This document shows, one piece after another, positions 28,414 to 36,616 of a stretch of DNA of 64,000 bases. How positions within the stretch are numbered: position 1 is the stretch's first letter; each line of letters starts with the position of its first letter. Source of the DNA: Elusimicrobiota bacterium. Its GTDB lineage: Bacteria > Elusimicrobiota > Endomicrobiia > Endomicrobiales > JBDRNC01. The notes under the pieces were generated by a model. That model did not search any database, was not told where the DNA came from, and worked only from the letters and a program-made list of their open reading frames with translations. Where the stretch lies: assembly GCA_043811535.1 (NCBI GenBank), contig JBDRNC010000008.1:46867-110866 (forward strand), given 5' to 3'. Both the position numbers and the translations under genes were made by a program.

Positions 28414-29247
28414 ATGGTAAAGAAAATTGATTCAAAAGAACTTGGGCTTGTGATGGCCATAATCCTGGGCAAATACCTGTTCAAGACAGATGACCTCCAC
28501 TACGGCTACTGGACTCCTGACCTGAAGCTTGACGTGTCAAATATAGTCAAGGCGCAGGACAACCACTCAAACCTCATAATTTCCAATATTCCCGGAGGCG
28601 TTCAGACCATTCTTGACGTGGGCTGCGGCGCGGGCGCGCTGGCGAAAAGACTGCTCGCGAAAGGATGGCAGGTTGACTGCGTCTCCCCGAGCATGCTTCT
28701 TACGCGGGAAGCAAAAAAGCTTACCGGAGGAAAATGCGGGATGTTCGAATCCGGGTACGAGTCCGTGGAGACCGACAAGAAATACGACCTTGTCATTTTC
28801 AGCGAGAGCTACCAGTATATAAACCTGAAGAAATCCCTGGAACAGACCGCCAGGTTCCTGAAACCCGGCGGCCACATGCTTATATGCGATTTCTTTGAAA
28901 CGGACGCCGAGGGGGAAAGCGCTCTCGGAGGCGGACACAAGCTGGGCGAATTCTACGAAACCGTCAAGAAATACCCTTTCAAGAACGTAAAGGACATAGA
29001 TATCACCAAACAGACATCCCCGAACCTCGTGCTTATCGACGATATGCTCAAGCAGATGGGCCTTCCTATATGGGAACTCATCCACGAGATGCTCAAAACC
29101 AACCACCCGGCGGTATACAAGCTGCTGACATGGAAGTACAGGAAAAAGATAGACAAGATAAACCAGAAGTATTTCAGCGGCGCCAGGAACGGGGAAAACT
29201 TTGAGAAATTCAAGTCCTACCGCCTGATGCTGTATCAAAAACAGTAA
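28414..29247 (+). CDS. Class I SAM-dependent methyltransferase
   Basis: LHYGYW, LDVGCGAG, LKPGG. Confidence 0.88.
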   Translation: MVKKIDSKELGLVMAIILGKYLFKTDDLHYGYWTPDLKLDVSNIVKAQDNHSNLIISNIPGGVQTILDVGCGAGALAKRLLAKGWQVDCVSPSMLLTREAKKLTGGKCGMFESGYESVETDKKYDLVIFSESYQYINLKKSLEQTARFLKPGGHMLICDFFETDAEGESALGGGHKLGEFYETVKKYPFKNVKDIDITKQTSPNLVLIDDMLKQMGLPIWELIHEMLKTNHPAVYKLLTWKYRKKIDKINQKYFSGARNGENFEKFKSYRLMLYQKQ

Positions 29248-29275
29248 TTAGCGATTAGCAATTAGCTATTAGTAT

Positions 29276-29304
29276 TTGACAACATTGCCGTTATTTGGTA
29301 TATA
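29276..29304 (+). promoter_or_regulatory. Sigma70-type promoter of the cob/btu operon
   Basis: TTGACA-17-TATATA with upstream TG. Confidence 0.65.
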
Positions 29305-29330
29305 TTGTTCTGTTATCTTTGACATATTAA

Positions 29331-29497
29331 TAGGTTGAGGAAGTTCCGTGACGCTCGAAAGGGCTATTCGGACACTGCCCCGCAACGGTAAATTAACGAC
29401 AGCAAGTAGCAATTAGCTATTAGCAATTAGAGTTCTTAACTACTCGCCAATTGCAAATCGCAAATTGCTGTCGTTAAGAGTCCGGTCGACAGCCTGT
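29331..29497 (+). promoter_or_regulatory. Cobalamin riboswitch with inserted hairpins
   Basis: GGAAG..CCGTG..TTCGG..ACTGCCCCGCAACGGTAA ... GAGTCCGG..GAC; upstream of cobO. Confidence 0.85.
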
Positions 29498-29586
29498 TTT
29501 CAAGCTTTAACCTTCGCGGGAAGGAGTTTTCGTATTTTGCCTCACTTTCCATCCCGGGAAGTGGGGTATATTTATTTTCTGACAAT

Positions 29587-29669
29587 CATCCTCCCTCTTG
29601 ACGGGGGAGGAGCGAGGTGGGGGTGCCCCCCATCCCAGCCTTCCCCCGTAGAAGGGGGAAGGTGAAGGA
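29587..29669. repeat. CATCCTCCC/CCCCATCCCAGCCTTCCCC double-hairpin element
   Basis: Shorter relative of the 8992 and 15791 elements; half copy at 54497-54541. Confidence 0.75.
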
Positions 29670-29684
29670 ACAAAGGATATATTT

Positions 29685-30200
29685 ATGCTAATTATCAACA
29701 CCGGAAACGGCAAGGGAAAGACAACGGCGGCCATTGGCCAGATGGTAAGGGCTCTTGGGCAGGGTCAGAAGGTCTGTTTTGTCCAGATTTTCAAGGGCGC
29801 GGTATTCTATGGGGAGCAGAAGGTTCTTCAAAACCTGAAAAACCTGGATTTTTACTCTTTCGCGCCCAAACATCCGTACTGTTTCAGGGGCATCAGCCTC
29901 CGGCCGATCAGGCTGGAATGCCAAAAGGCAGTCAAACTCCTGAAAAAAATAGCAAGAGGCCGGAAGAAGTATGATCTCATCGTTCTTGACGAGTTTAACA
30001 TAGGCGTAAGGGACGGCTTTATCGGACTTAAAGCATTACTTGATGTATTAAATAAACTGATTGAAAATACAAATGTAATTATCACAGGGCGCGGAGCACA
30101 CAAAGAGCTCCTGAAGCGGGCCGACTTAATCACTGAAATGAAAGAGGTCCGGCACCCGTACAAGAAAGGCATCAAGGCTTCCAAAGGCCTAGAATTCTAG
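29685..30200 (+). CDS. cobO: Cob(I)yrinic acid a,c-diamide adenosyltransferase
   Basis: TGNGKGKTTAAIG, LDE, ITGR, HPY motifs. Confidence 0.92.
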   Translation: MLIINTGNGKGKTTAAIGQMVRALGQGQKVCFVQIFKGAVFYGEQKVLQNLKNLDFYSFAPKHPYCFRGISLRPIRLECQKAVKLLKKIARGRKKYDLIVLDEFNIGVRDGFIGLKALLDVLNKLIENTNVIITGRGAHKELLKRADLITEMKEVRHPYKKGIKASKGLEF

Positions 30201-30236
30201 TTAAGTAGACCGGCACTTAAGTGCCGGTCTACTTAA
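30201..30236. repeat. 36-bp perfect palindrome, GGCACTTAAGTGCC family
   Basis: ttaagtagaccggcacttaagtgccggtctacttaa. Confidence 0.9.
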
Positions 30237-30256
30237 AGTAATACTTGAAGGAAGTT

Positions 30257-30865
30257 ATGGGTAAACCCCGTTCCAAATCTCGAAGCTTAGGTCTATCCGC
30301 AAAATATTCTACCCCAAAGTGTTCCAATGCAGAAATTTGGAAACGGGGTAAAATTATCTTCATCACTGGCGGCGTAAGGTCCGGAAAGAGCAAATTAGCC
30401 ACTGATCTGGCCAAGAAATCAGGCAAAAAGGTGGCATTTATAGCTACTTGCGCCCCCCTTGACCGTGAAATGGAACACAGGATAGGTTTGCACAAGAGTT
30501 CAAGGCCAAAGAACTGGAAAACCATCGAAGAACCCAAGTACCTGCGATCCGCGCTCAAAAAAATCCCATCCGGAACAGGGTCTGTAATTGTCGACTGCCT
30601 TACCTTATATGTATCAAACCTCATACTTTCAGGAAAAACTGAAGAAGAAATACTAAATAACATTGAAAATACAATCAAAATACTGAAAAAATCAAGATTT
30701 ACCTCAATTCTGGTCTCTAATGAGGTGGGCATGGGCATAGTTCCGGATAACGAATTGGCCCGTATTTTCAGGGATGTGTCCGGAAAAGTCAACCAGTTGG
30801 CGGCAGCCGCGAGCGATGAGGCGTATTTCATGGTTTCGGGACTGCCCGTTAAAATAAAGGAATAA
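30257..30865 (+). CDS. cobU: Adenosylcobinamide kinase/guanylyltransferase, with 29-aa N-terminal insertion
   Basis: TGGVRSGKS, DCLT, SNEVGMGIVP. Confidence 0.92.
   Translation: MGKPRSKSRSLGLSAKYSTPKCSNAEIWKRGKIIFITGGVRSGKSKLATDLAKKSGKKVAFIATCAPLDREMEHRIGLHKSSRPKNWKTIEEPKYLRSALKKIPSGTGSVIVDCLTLYVSNLILSGKTEEEILNNIENTIKILKKSRFTSILVSNEVGMGIVPDNELARIFRDVSGKVNQLAAAASDEAYFMVSGLPVKIKE
30265..30349. mobile_element. CCCGTT...AACGGG inverted-repeat element inserted in frame in cobU
   Basis: accccgttccaaat / atttggaaacggggt; GGGTAAA repeated 87 nt apart. Confidence 0.7.
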
Positions 30866-30867
30866 AA

Positions 30868-31923
30868 ATGGAACTGCTCCGAAAAACTCTACAGAACATT
30901 GAACCCATAAACGCGGAATTCATGAAATTCGCCCAGAAACGCCTCGATTCGCTCACAAAACCGCAGGGAAGCCTGGGCCGGCTTGAAGAAACCGCGAAAA
31001 AAATCTGCGGGATAACAAGAAAACGTAATCCCCACCTTGACGTCAAGGTGGTCATAACGATGGCCGCCGACCACGGAGTCACCGACGAGGGCATCAGCGC
31101 GTATCCGAAAGAAGTAACGCCCCAGATGGTTTACAATTTCATAAAAGGCGGGGCCGGCATCAACGTGCTCGCGAGGCACATCGGGGCGAAAGTGATCGTC
31201 GTTGACGTCGGAGTGGCCGCCGACCTTGAGCAAAGTGACGGGCTCGTATCGCATAAGGTGGGCTACGGCACCAAAAATATGGCGAAGGGTCCCGCAATGA
31301 CCGAGGACGAGGCAGTATCCTGCGTTGAAGCCGGGATAGAAATTGCCCAGGCAGAAATAGAAAAGGGAGCGAATATCATCGGGACGGGCGATATGGGCAT
31401 CGGAAACACTACCGCGTCAAGCGCGGTTACCGCCGTGATAACCGGCGCCGACGTCTCCAATATAACCGGAAAGGGTACGGGTATCGACGATAAAAAGCTC
31501 GAGCACAAGATTTCCGTAATAAGGAAAACCCTTGAAATCAATAAGCCGGACCGGGAAAAAGCCCTGGACGTGCTTTCAAAAGTCGGAGGCTTTGAGATCG
31601 GCGGAATCGCCGGAGTGATATTGGCTTGCGCTTCAAATAAGATACCCGTGGTAATAGACGGCTTCATTTCCGGCGCCGGGGCGCTCATCGCTTACGCGCT
31701 TGATCCGAAAACCGCGGATTACATGATAGCTTCCCACTTGTCCGTGGAGTGCGGCCATAAAACCATCCTGGACCATATAGGATTGAAGCCCCTTTTTGAC
31801 CTTGATTTGAGGCTCGGAGAAGGCACGGGCGCCGCGCTCGGCATAGGCTTCTGCGACGCGTCTTTAAAAATATTGAATGAAATGGCATCTTTTAAAGAAG
31901 CCGGTGTGTCCGAAAAACAATGA
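30868..31923 (+). CDS. cobT: Nicotinate-nucleotide-dimethylbenzimidazole phosphoribosyltransferase
   Basis: LTKPQGSLGRLE, ADHG, GDMGIGNTT, LRLGEGTGA. Confidence 0.95.
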   Translation: MELLRKTLQNIEPINAEFMKFAQKRLDSLTKPQGSLGRLEETAKKICGITRKRNPHLDVKVVITMAADHGVTDEGISAYPKEVTPQMVYNFIKGGAGINVLARHIGAKVIVVDVGVAADLEQSDGLVSHKVGYGTKNMAKGPAMTEDEAVSCVEAGIEIAQAEIEKGANIIGTGDMGIGNTTASSAVTAVITGADVSNITGKGTGIDDKKLEHKISVIRKTLEINKPDREKALDVLSKVGGFEIGGIAGVILACASNKIPVVIDGFISGAGALIAYALDPKTADYMIASHLSVECGHKTILDHIGLKPLFDLDLRLGEGTGAALGIGFCDASLKILNEMASFKEAGVSEKQ

Positions 31924-31961
31924 ACAATTAGCAATTGTCAATTAACAATGGAGGTTTACTT

Positions 31962-32723
31962 ATGAAACGATTCTTTTCCGCTCTACCCACGCAGTTTAAA
32001 GCCGCTACCCAGTTCCTGACGGTGTTTCCGGTAAAATCCGGCAGTTTCCCGGACAAAACTACTCTTTCGGGCGCGATTGCGATGTTTCCGCTGATAGGTG
32101 TGGCTTTGGGTTTCGTTCTAGCCGTGTCAAACTCTGTATTCTCAATGGCTTTCCCCGCAACCGTCTCAAGCGTGCTGACCGTACTGGTTCTGGTACTTCT
32201 GACCGGCGGGCTCCACCAGGACGGACTGGCCGATACCTGCGACGGGATTTTCGGCGGGAGTGAAAGCTCAAAACGCCTTGAGATAATGCGCGACAGCAGG
32301 ATAGGCACGTTCGGGGTGCTCGCCCTGATAGCCGATTTCCTCCTTAAGGTTTACCTGATAACGGCAATCCCGGCCACATTGAAGACTCCGGCGCTTATAA
32401 TGATGCCGCTGGCAAGCAGGTGGGGCATGGTATTGGCGCTTTATCTTTTTAAATACGCCAGGGAAAACGGGAAAGCGAAGGCGTTCTTTGAAAGCATGGA
32501 TACAAAGACGTTCGTGATAGGCACCGCGATAGCGCTGGCATCCGCTTTCGTTTTCGCGAAATTCAACGGCTTGTTTATCGTCGTAGCGGCAGGCGTTGTA
32601 GTTTATATCGCCGGCGGTTTTTTCGAGAAAAAAATCGGAGGAATGACAGGAGACACATTGGGGGCGATGAATGAAATATGCGAGATTGTCGCATTGCTGT
32701 TAATCGTCACAATAACTCATTAA
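31962..32723 (+). CDS. cobS: Adenosylcobinamide-GDP ribazoletransferase
   Basis: TGGLHQDGLADTCDG, IMRDSRIG, GGMTGDTLGA. Confidence 0.95.
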   Translation: MKRFFSALPTQFKAATQFLTVFPVKSGSFPDKTTLSGAIAMFPLIGVALGFVLAVSNSVFSMAFPATVSSVLTVLVLVLLTGGLHQDGLADTCDGIFGGSESSKRLEIMRDSRIGTFGVLALIADFLLKVYLITAIPATLKTPALIMMPLASRWGMVLALYLFKYARENGKAKAFFESMDTKTFVIGTAIALASAFVFAKFNGLFIVVAAGVVVYIAGGFFEKKIGGMTGDTLGAMNEICEIVALLLIVTITH

Positions 32724-32729
32724 AAAATC

Positions 32730-33569
32730 ATGAGACAGCTTAAAATCACGATAGCATGTCTGATACTGCCGTTACTCTTCTGTTCAAGCGCTTTGGCCTA
32801 TGACCGAATCATCTCTATCATACCTTCGGCCACAAAAAGCATTTATCTCATGGGTTTGGAAGACAAGCTAGTGGCGGTAACGGTATACTGCCCGCCGGAA
32901 GCCTCTGAAAAAGAGAAAATCGGCACCGTGCTTGAGCCCGACCTTGAAAAGATAGTATCGCTCGAGCCCGACCTTGTCATAGCGACAAAAGAAGGAAACA
33001 GGCATCAGACCGTCGAGAAGCTTCAAAGTCTCGGCATTAAAGTGTACGTGATGGATTCGGTGAATAACTTTGAAGAGATCTGCGGCGCTTTTATAAAGCT
33101 CGGCAGGTTCCTCGGCGCGGACAACAGCGCCGGAAAAGTCGTGCGCGGCGCCAGAAAAAGAATAGAAAAAGTCAGGTCCGTAAAAAGGAACAGCAAGCCG
33201 GCCGTCTTCTGCGAGATAGGCGCCCGGCCGCTTTTCACCGCGAGCGGCGGAAGTTTCATCAACGACATAATAGAGTTCGCGGGCGCAGCCAACATTTTCA
33301 AGGACCTCAAGCCGCGCTACCCCCAGATAAGCCGCGAAGAAGTGCTAAAACGCGATCCCGACGCGATAGTAATAATCACTATGGGCGACGTGACTGACAA
33401 GGAAAAAGAGGCCTGGAACGAATTCCCCGGACTTAAAGCCGCGCGGTCCGGCAGGATATATGTCCTGAGCGAGGCGGTTTTCACCGACCCAACCCCGTCC
33501 GGGCTCGCCGACGGAGTAGAGATACTCGCGCAGACGCTTTTCGGTAAAAGTAGAGATAGAAAACAATAA
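32730..33569 (+). CDS. btuF: Cobalamin ABC transporter periplasmic binding protein
   Basis: RIISIIPSAT, EKIVSLEPDLV; operon context. Confidence 0.85.
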   Translation: MRQLKITIACLILPLLFCSSALAYDRIISIIPSATKSIYLMGLEDKLVAVTVYCPPEASEKEKIGTVLEPDLEKIVSLEPDLVIATKEGNRHQTVEKLQSLGIKVYVMDSVNNFEEICGAFIKLGRFLGADNSAGKVVRGARKRIEKVRSVKRNSKPAVFCEIGARPLFTASGGSFINDIIEFAGAANIFKDLKPRYPQISREEVLKRDPDAIVIITMGDVTDKEKEAWNEFPGLKAARSGRIYVLSEAVFTDPTPSGLADGVEILAQTLFGKSRDRKQ

Positions 33570-33587
33570 GGATTTTATGGTAATGAG

Positions 33588-33687
33588 TCCCGTTAGACCG
33601 CGTAAGTATCAGGATAAATTTTCACAAAGAGCTCATATTATAGCCGTAAGCAAAGCTTAATCTAAAACAAGAGAGGTCTAAACGGGA
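33588..33687. mobile_element. CCCGTT...AACGGG element abutting the next ATG
   Basis: tcccgttagacc / ggtctaaacggga(tg). Confidence 0.6.
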
Positions 33688-34355
33688 TGAAAGTTATCAT
33701 ATCCTGGAGCGGAGGGAAGGACAGCTGCCTGGCGCTTTATAAGGCGATAAAAGCCGGGCACCAGCCCGTTGTGCTCCTGAATTACATATCGGAAGAACAT
33801 AAAAGGTGCTGTTTCCACGGCGTCCCGATGGAACTCATAAAGGCGCAGGCCGATTCCCTGGGCATACCGCTTGAACAGAAAGCCGCGCCGGCGACCATGG
33901 AAGGCTACGAAAAAATGTTCAAGGAAGCGGTTCGCGAATTGATGGCTAAATATGACGCCGAGGGCATGGTTTTCGGGGATATTTACCTGCTTGAACACCA
34001 GAGCTGGGTCGAAAGGGTATGCGGTGAAATAGGCGTTAAAATGATAGAACCGCTGTGGGAACAGCCGGTTGAAAAACTCATAGATGAATTCCTCGGATTA
34101 GGATTTAAAACGACAATTGTAAGCGCCAAGGCCGACATCCACGGCGAAAACTTCGTCGGGCGGGATATGAGCCCTGAAATAGTCCAAATGCTGAAGGCGG
34201 AAAAGGCCTGCGTTTGCGGGGAGAACGGCGAATACCACACCTTTGTTTACGACGGCCCGCTGTTCAAAAATAAGATCAGCATAACAAAGGCGGAAAAAAC
34301 ATTCAGGGACGGGTTCTGGAAACACTGGTTCTTAGATATACAAGAGTTTGCGTAA
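33687..34355 (+). CDS. DUF71/COG2102 ATP pyrophosphatase (Dph6-like, PP-loop)
   Basis: SWSGGKDS, FGDI, CGENGEYHTFVYDGP. Confidence 0.9.
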   Translation: MKVIISWSGGKDSCLALYKAIKAGHQPVVLLNYISEEHKRCCFHGVPMELIKAQADSLGIPLEQKAAPATMEGYEKMFKEAVRELMAKYDAEGMVFGDIYLLEHQSWVERVCGEIGVKMIEPLWEQPVEKLIDEFLGLGFKTTIVSAKADIHGENFVGRDMSPEIVQMLKAEKACVCGENGEYHTFVYDGPLFKNKISITKAEKTFRDGFWKHWFLDIQEFA

Positions 34356-34493
34356 AACACTAAACTCTAAATACTAAACACTAAATAAATCAAAAATTGT
34401 AAATCCAAATTTAAATATAATTGCAGTGTTTGATTTTTAGGATTTGTATTTTGAGCTTATTTAGTATTTAGTGTTTTGTATTTAGTATTTGAC
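34356..34493. repeat. Two-armed heptamer hairpin element (YACTAAA ... TTTAGTR)
   Basis: cactaaa ctctaaa tactaaa cactaaa ... tttagta tttagtg ttttgta tttagta. Confidence 0.85.
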
Positions 34494-34501
34494 AGGAATT
34501 T

Positions 34502-35491
34502 ATGAATAAAAAGCATCTTATCCTGCTATCTCTTGCGTTCATTCTGGCCGTCAGCGTTCTCTTCTCGCTATGCGTGGGCGGCAGCAAGCTTGGAATAACC
34601 GAAGTATTCACCGCGCTTCTTAACGGAAGCTCCGCGGACACTACTTCCACCATCGTCTGGAAAATAAGGGTGCCGCGCGTGCTTCTCGGAGTATTCGTCG
34701 GGATGGGCCTTGCGGCGGTCGGATGCGTCTTCCAGGGCCTGCTCAGGAACCCTCTTGCCGACCCCTATACTTTAGGCATTTCCGGGGGAGCCGCGTTCGG
34801 GGCCACGCTTGCCGTGATAACCGGAATTGCCGCCTTTACGGCGTTTTCGGTTCCCATATGCGCATTCTTAGGCTCGCTCGCGTGTTTCTACGCGGTCTAC
34901 ATGATAGCGTCCAGAAAAAGTTTCTCCATAAACTCGCTTATTCTGACGGGCGTCATCTTCGGATTCATATTCTCCTCGGCGGTCCTTCTGATGCTCGCTC
35001 TCGCGAGCCCCGATAAGATACATGCCTCCATTATCTGGCTGACGGGTGACCTGTCCTCCGCGGGCAGAGATCTCACATTGATCGTGCCGGCTATCGTACT
35101 GGTTGGAACCGCGGTCCTCATGATATTTTCCAGGGAGCTTAACGTGCTGGTTCTCGGGGAGGAAAAGGCCCTCACTCTCGGCATTGAAACCGAAAAAACA
35201 AAAAAAATAATTTTCGTCACCGCATCTCTTATCACCGGAGCGTGCGTCTCGGCTTCGGGCATCATAGGTTTCGTCGGGCTGATTATCCCGCATCTTATGA
35301 GGAAGATCACCGGGCCCGACCACAGGTACCTGATACCCGCGTCGGCACTCGGCGGAGCGGCCTTCCTTCCGCTGTGCGATTCATTTTCAAGAACGATAAT
35401 AGCGCCCGTTGAACTTCCCGTAGGCGTCGTAACGGGGCTCGCGGGCGGAATATTTTTCCTTGTTTTCCTGTTAAGATCGGAGAAAATATAG
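34502..35491 (+). CDS. btuC: Cobalamin ABC transporter permease (FecCD/BtuC family)
   Basis: RVPRVLL, RNPLADP, GFVGLIIPH, ELPVG. Confidence 0.88.
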   Translation: MNKKHLILLSLAFILAVSVLFSLCVGGSKLGITEVFTALLNGSSADTTSTIVWKIRVPRVLLGVFVGMGLAAVGCVFQGLLRNPLADPYTLGISGGAAFGATLAVITGIAAFTAFSVPICAFLGSLACFYAVYMIASRKSFSINSLILTGVIFGFIFSSAVLLMLALASPDKIHASIIWLTGDLSSAGRDLTLIVPAIVLVGTAVLMIFSRELNVLVLGEEKALTLGIETEKTKKIIFVTASLITGACVSASGIIGFVGLIIPHLMRKITGPDHRYLIPASALGGAAFLPLCDSFSRTIIAPVELPVGVVTGLAGGIFFLVFLLRSEKI

Positions 35492-35540
35492 CGACAACTG
35501 TGTACATGTGCTAAACGCTAAAAATAATATAAAGGTTAAA

Positions 35541-36356
35541 ATGTTAGAACTTAATGGCGTATCAGCGGGTTATGGCGGACGAACAGTGATATCGGACATA
35601 TCGTTCCGCGCGGAAAAGGGCTCATTTCACGGGATAATAGGGCCGAACGGCGCCGGCAAGACAACGCTTTTCAGGACTATAAGCAGGATAATAGGCCTGT
35701 CCGCAGGCAAGATGTTCTTTGGCGGCAAAGACATCGGCAGGATCCCGAGGCATATTCTCGCGAAAGACGTCGCCACGATGCTCCCGCTTTACGACATTCC
35801 TTTCACGTTTTCCGTAGAGGAATTCGTCATGCTGGGCAGGTTCCCTCACCAGAACAGGTTTGAAAAACCGAAAAAAGAAGATTATGAATCGGTAAGGCAG
35901 AACCTTGAATTCACGGACATAATCAATCTGAAAGACAGGAAACTGAACGAGCTGTCCGGCGGCGAAAGGCAGAGGGCCATTCTCGCTCAGGCGCTCGCGC
36001 AGAAACCGAAACTCCTTCTGCTGGACGAGCCGACGGCATATCTTGACATCGGCCACCAGATAGCGATACTTGACCTGATAAAGAAACTCAACAGGGACGA
36101 CGGGCTTACCGTTATTACAATTCTTCACGACCTGAACCTCGCGAGCGAATACTGCGACAAGCTGTTGATGATGCGCGGCGGCGGAATATTCAGGTCCGGA
36201 ACTCCGGAAGAAGTGCTTACTTACGAAAATATAGAACAGGTGTATAAAACCGTTGTTGTGGTAAAGGAAAATCCGATTTCGCGCAGGCCTTATGTGATAT
36301 CGGTTTCGGGCGAAAGCCTGAAAAGGAAAACTGCCGGCACAGGGAATCCCGTGTAA
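35541..36356 (+). CDS. btuD: Cobalamin ABC transporter ATPase
   Basis: GPNGAGKT, LSGGERQR, DEPT, HDLNLA. Confidence 0.88.
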   Translation: MLELNGVSAGYGGRTVISDISFRAEKGSFHGIIGPNGAGKTTLFRTISRIIGLSAGKMFFGGKDIGRIPRHILAKDVATMLPLYDIPFTFSVEEFVMLGRFPHQNRFEKPKKEDYESVRQNLEFTDIINLKDRKLNELSGGERQRAILAQALAQKPKLLLLDEPTAYLDIGHQIAILDLIKKLNRDDGLTVITILHDLNLASEYCDKLLMMRGGGIFRSGTPEEVLTYENIEQVYKTVVVVKENPISRRPYVISVSGESLKRKTAGTGNPV

Positions 36357-36485
36357 ATCGGGAACAGCCCCGCTACTGTAATCCAGCCCTTACGGGTGTA
36401 TGGCAACAACCACTGCTATTTTTACGGCAGGAAGGTGCCATTCAGGAGAAGATTCTCCTGGGAGAGTCAGGAAACCCGTCGGCAA
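36331..36485 (+). promoter_or_regulatory. Cobalamin riboswitch overlapping the btuD 3' end
   Basis: AGGGAATCCCGTGTAAATCGGGAACAGCCCCGCTACTGTAA ... CCACTG ... GGAAGG ... GAGTCAGGAAACC; P1 tgccggc/gtcggca. Confidence 0.92.
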
Positions 36486-36616
36486 GAACACACTCGAGGG
36501 AGGACATATGACTACAGCAATTAGCACTTAGCCCGCCGCGGCGGGGCAATTAGTTCGGAGAAAACGGCAAAGGCATAGACAGAACGGCAACACAAAAACA
36601 AGAAAAAGGAAGAACA

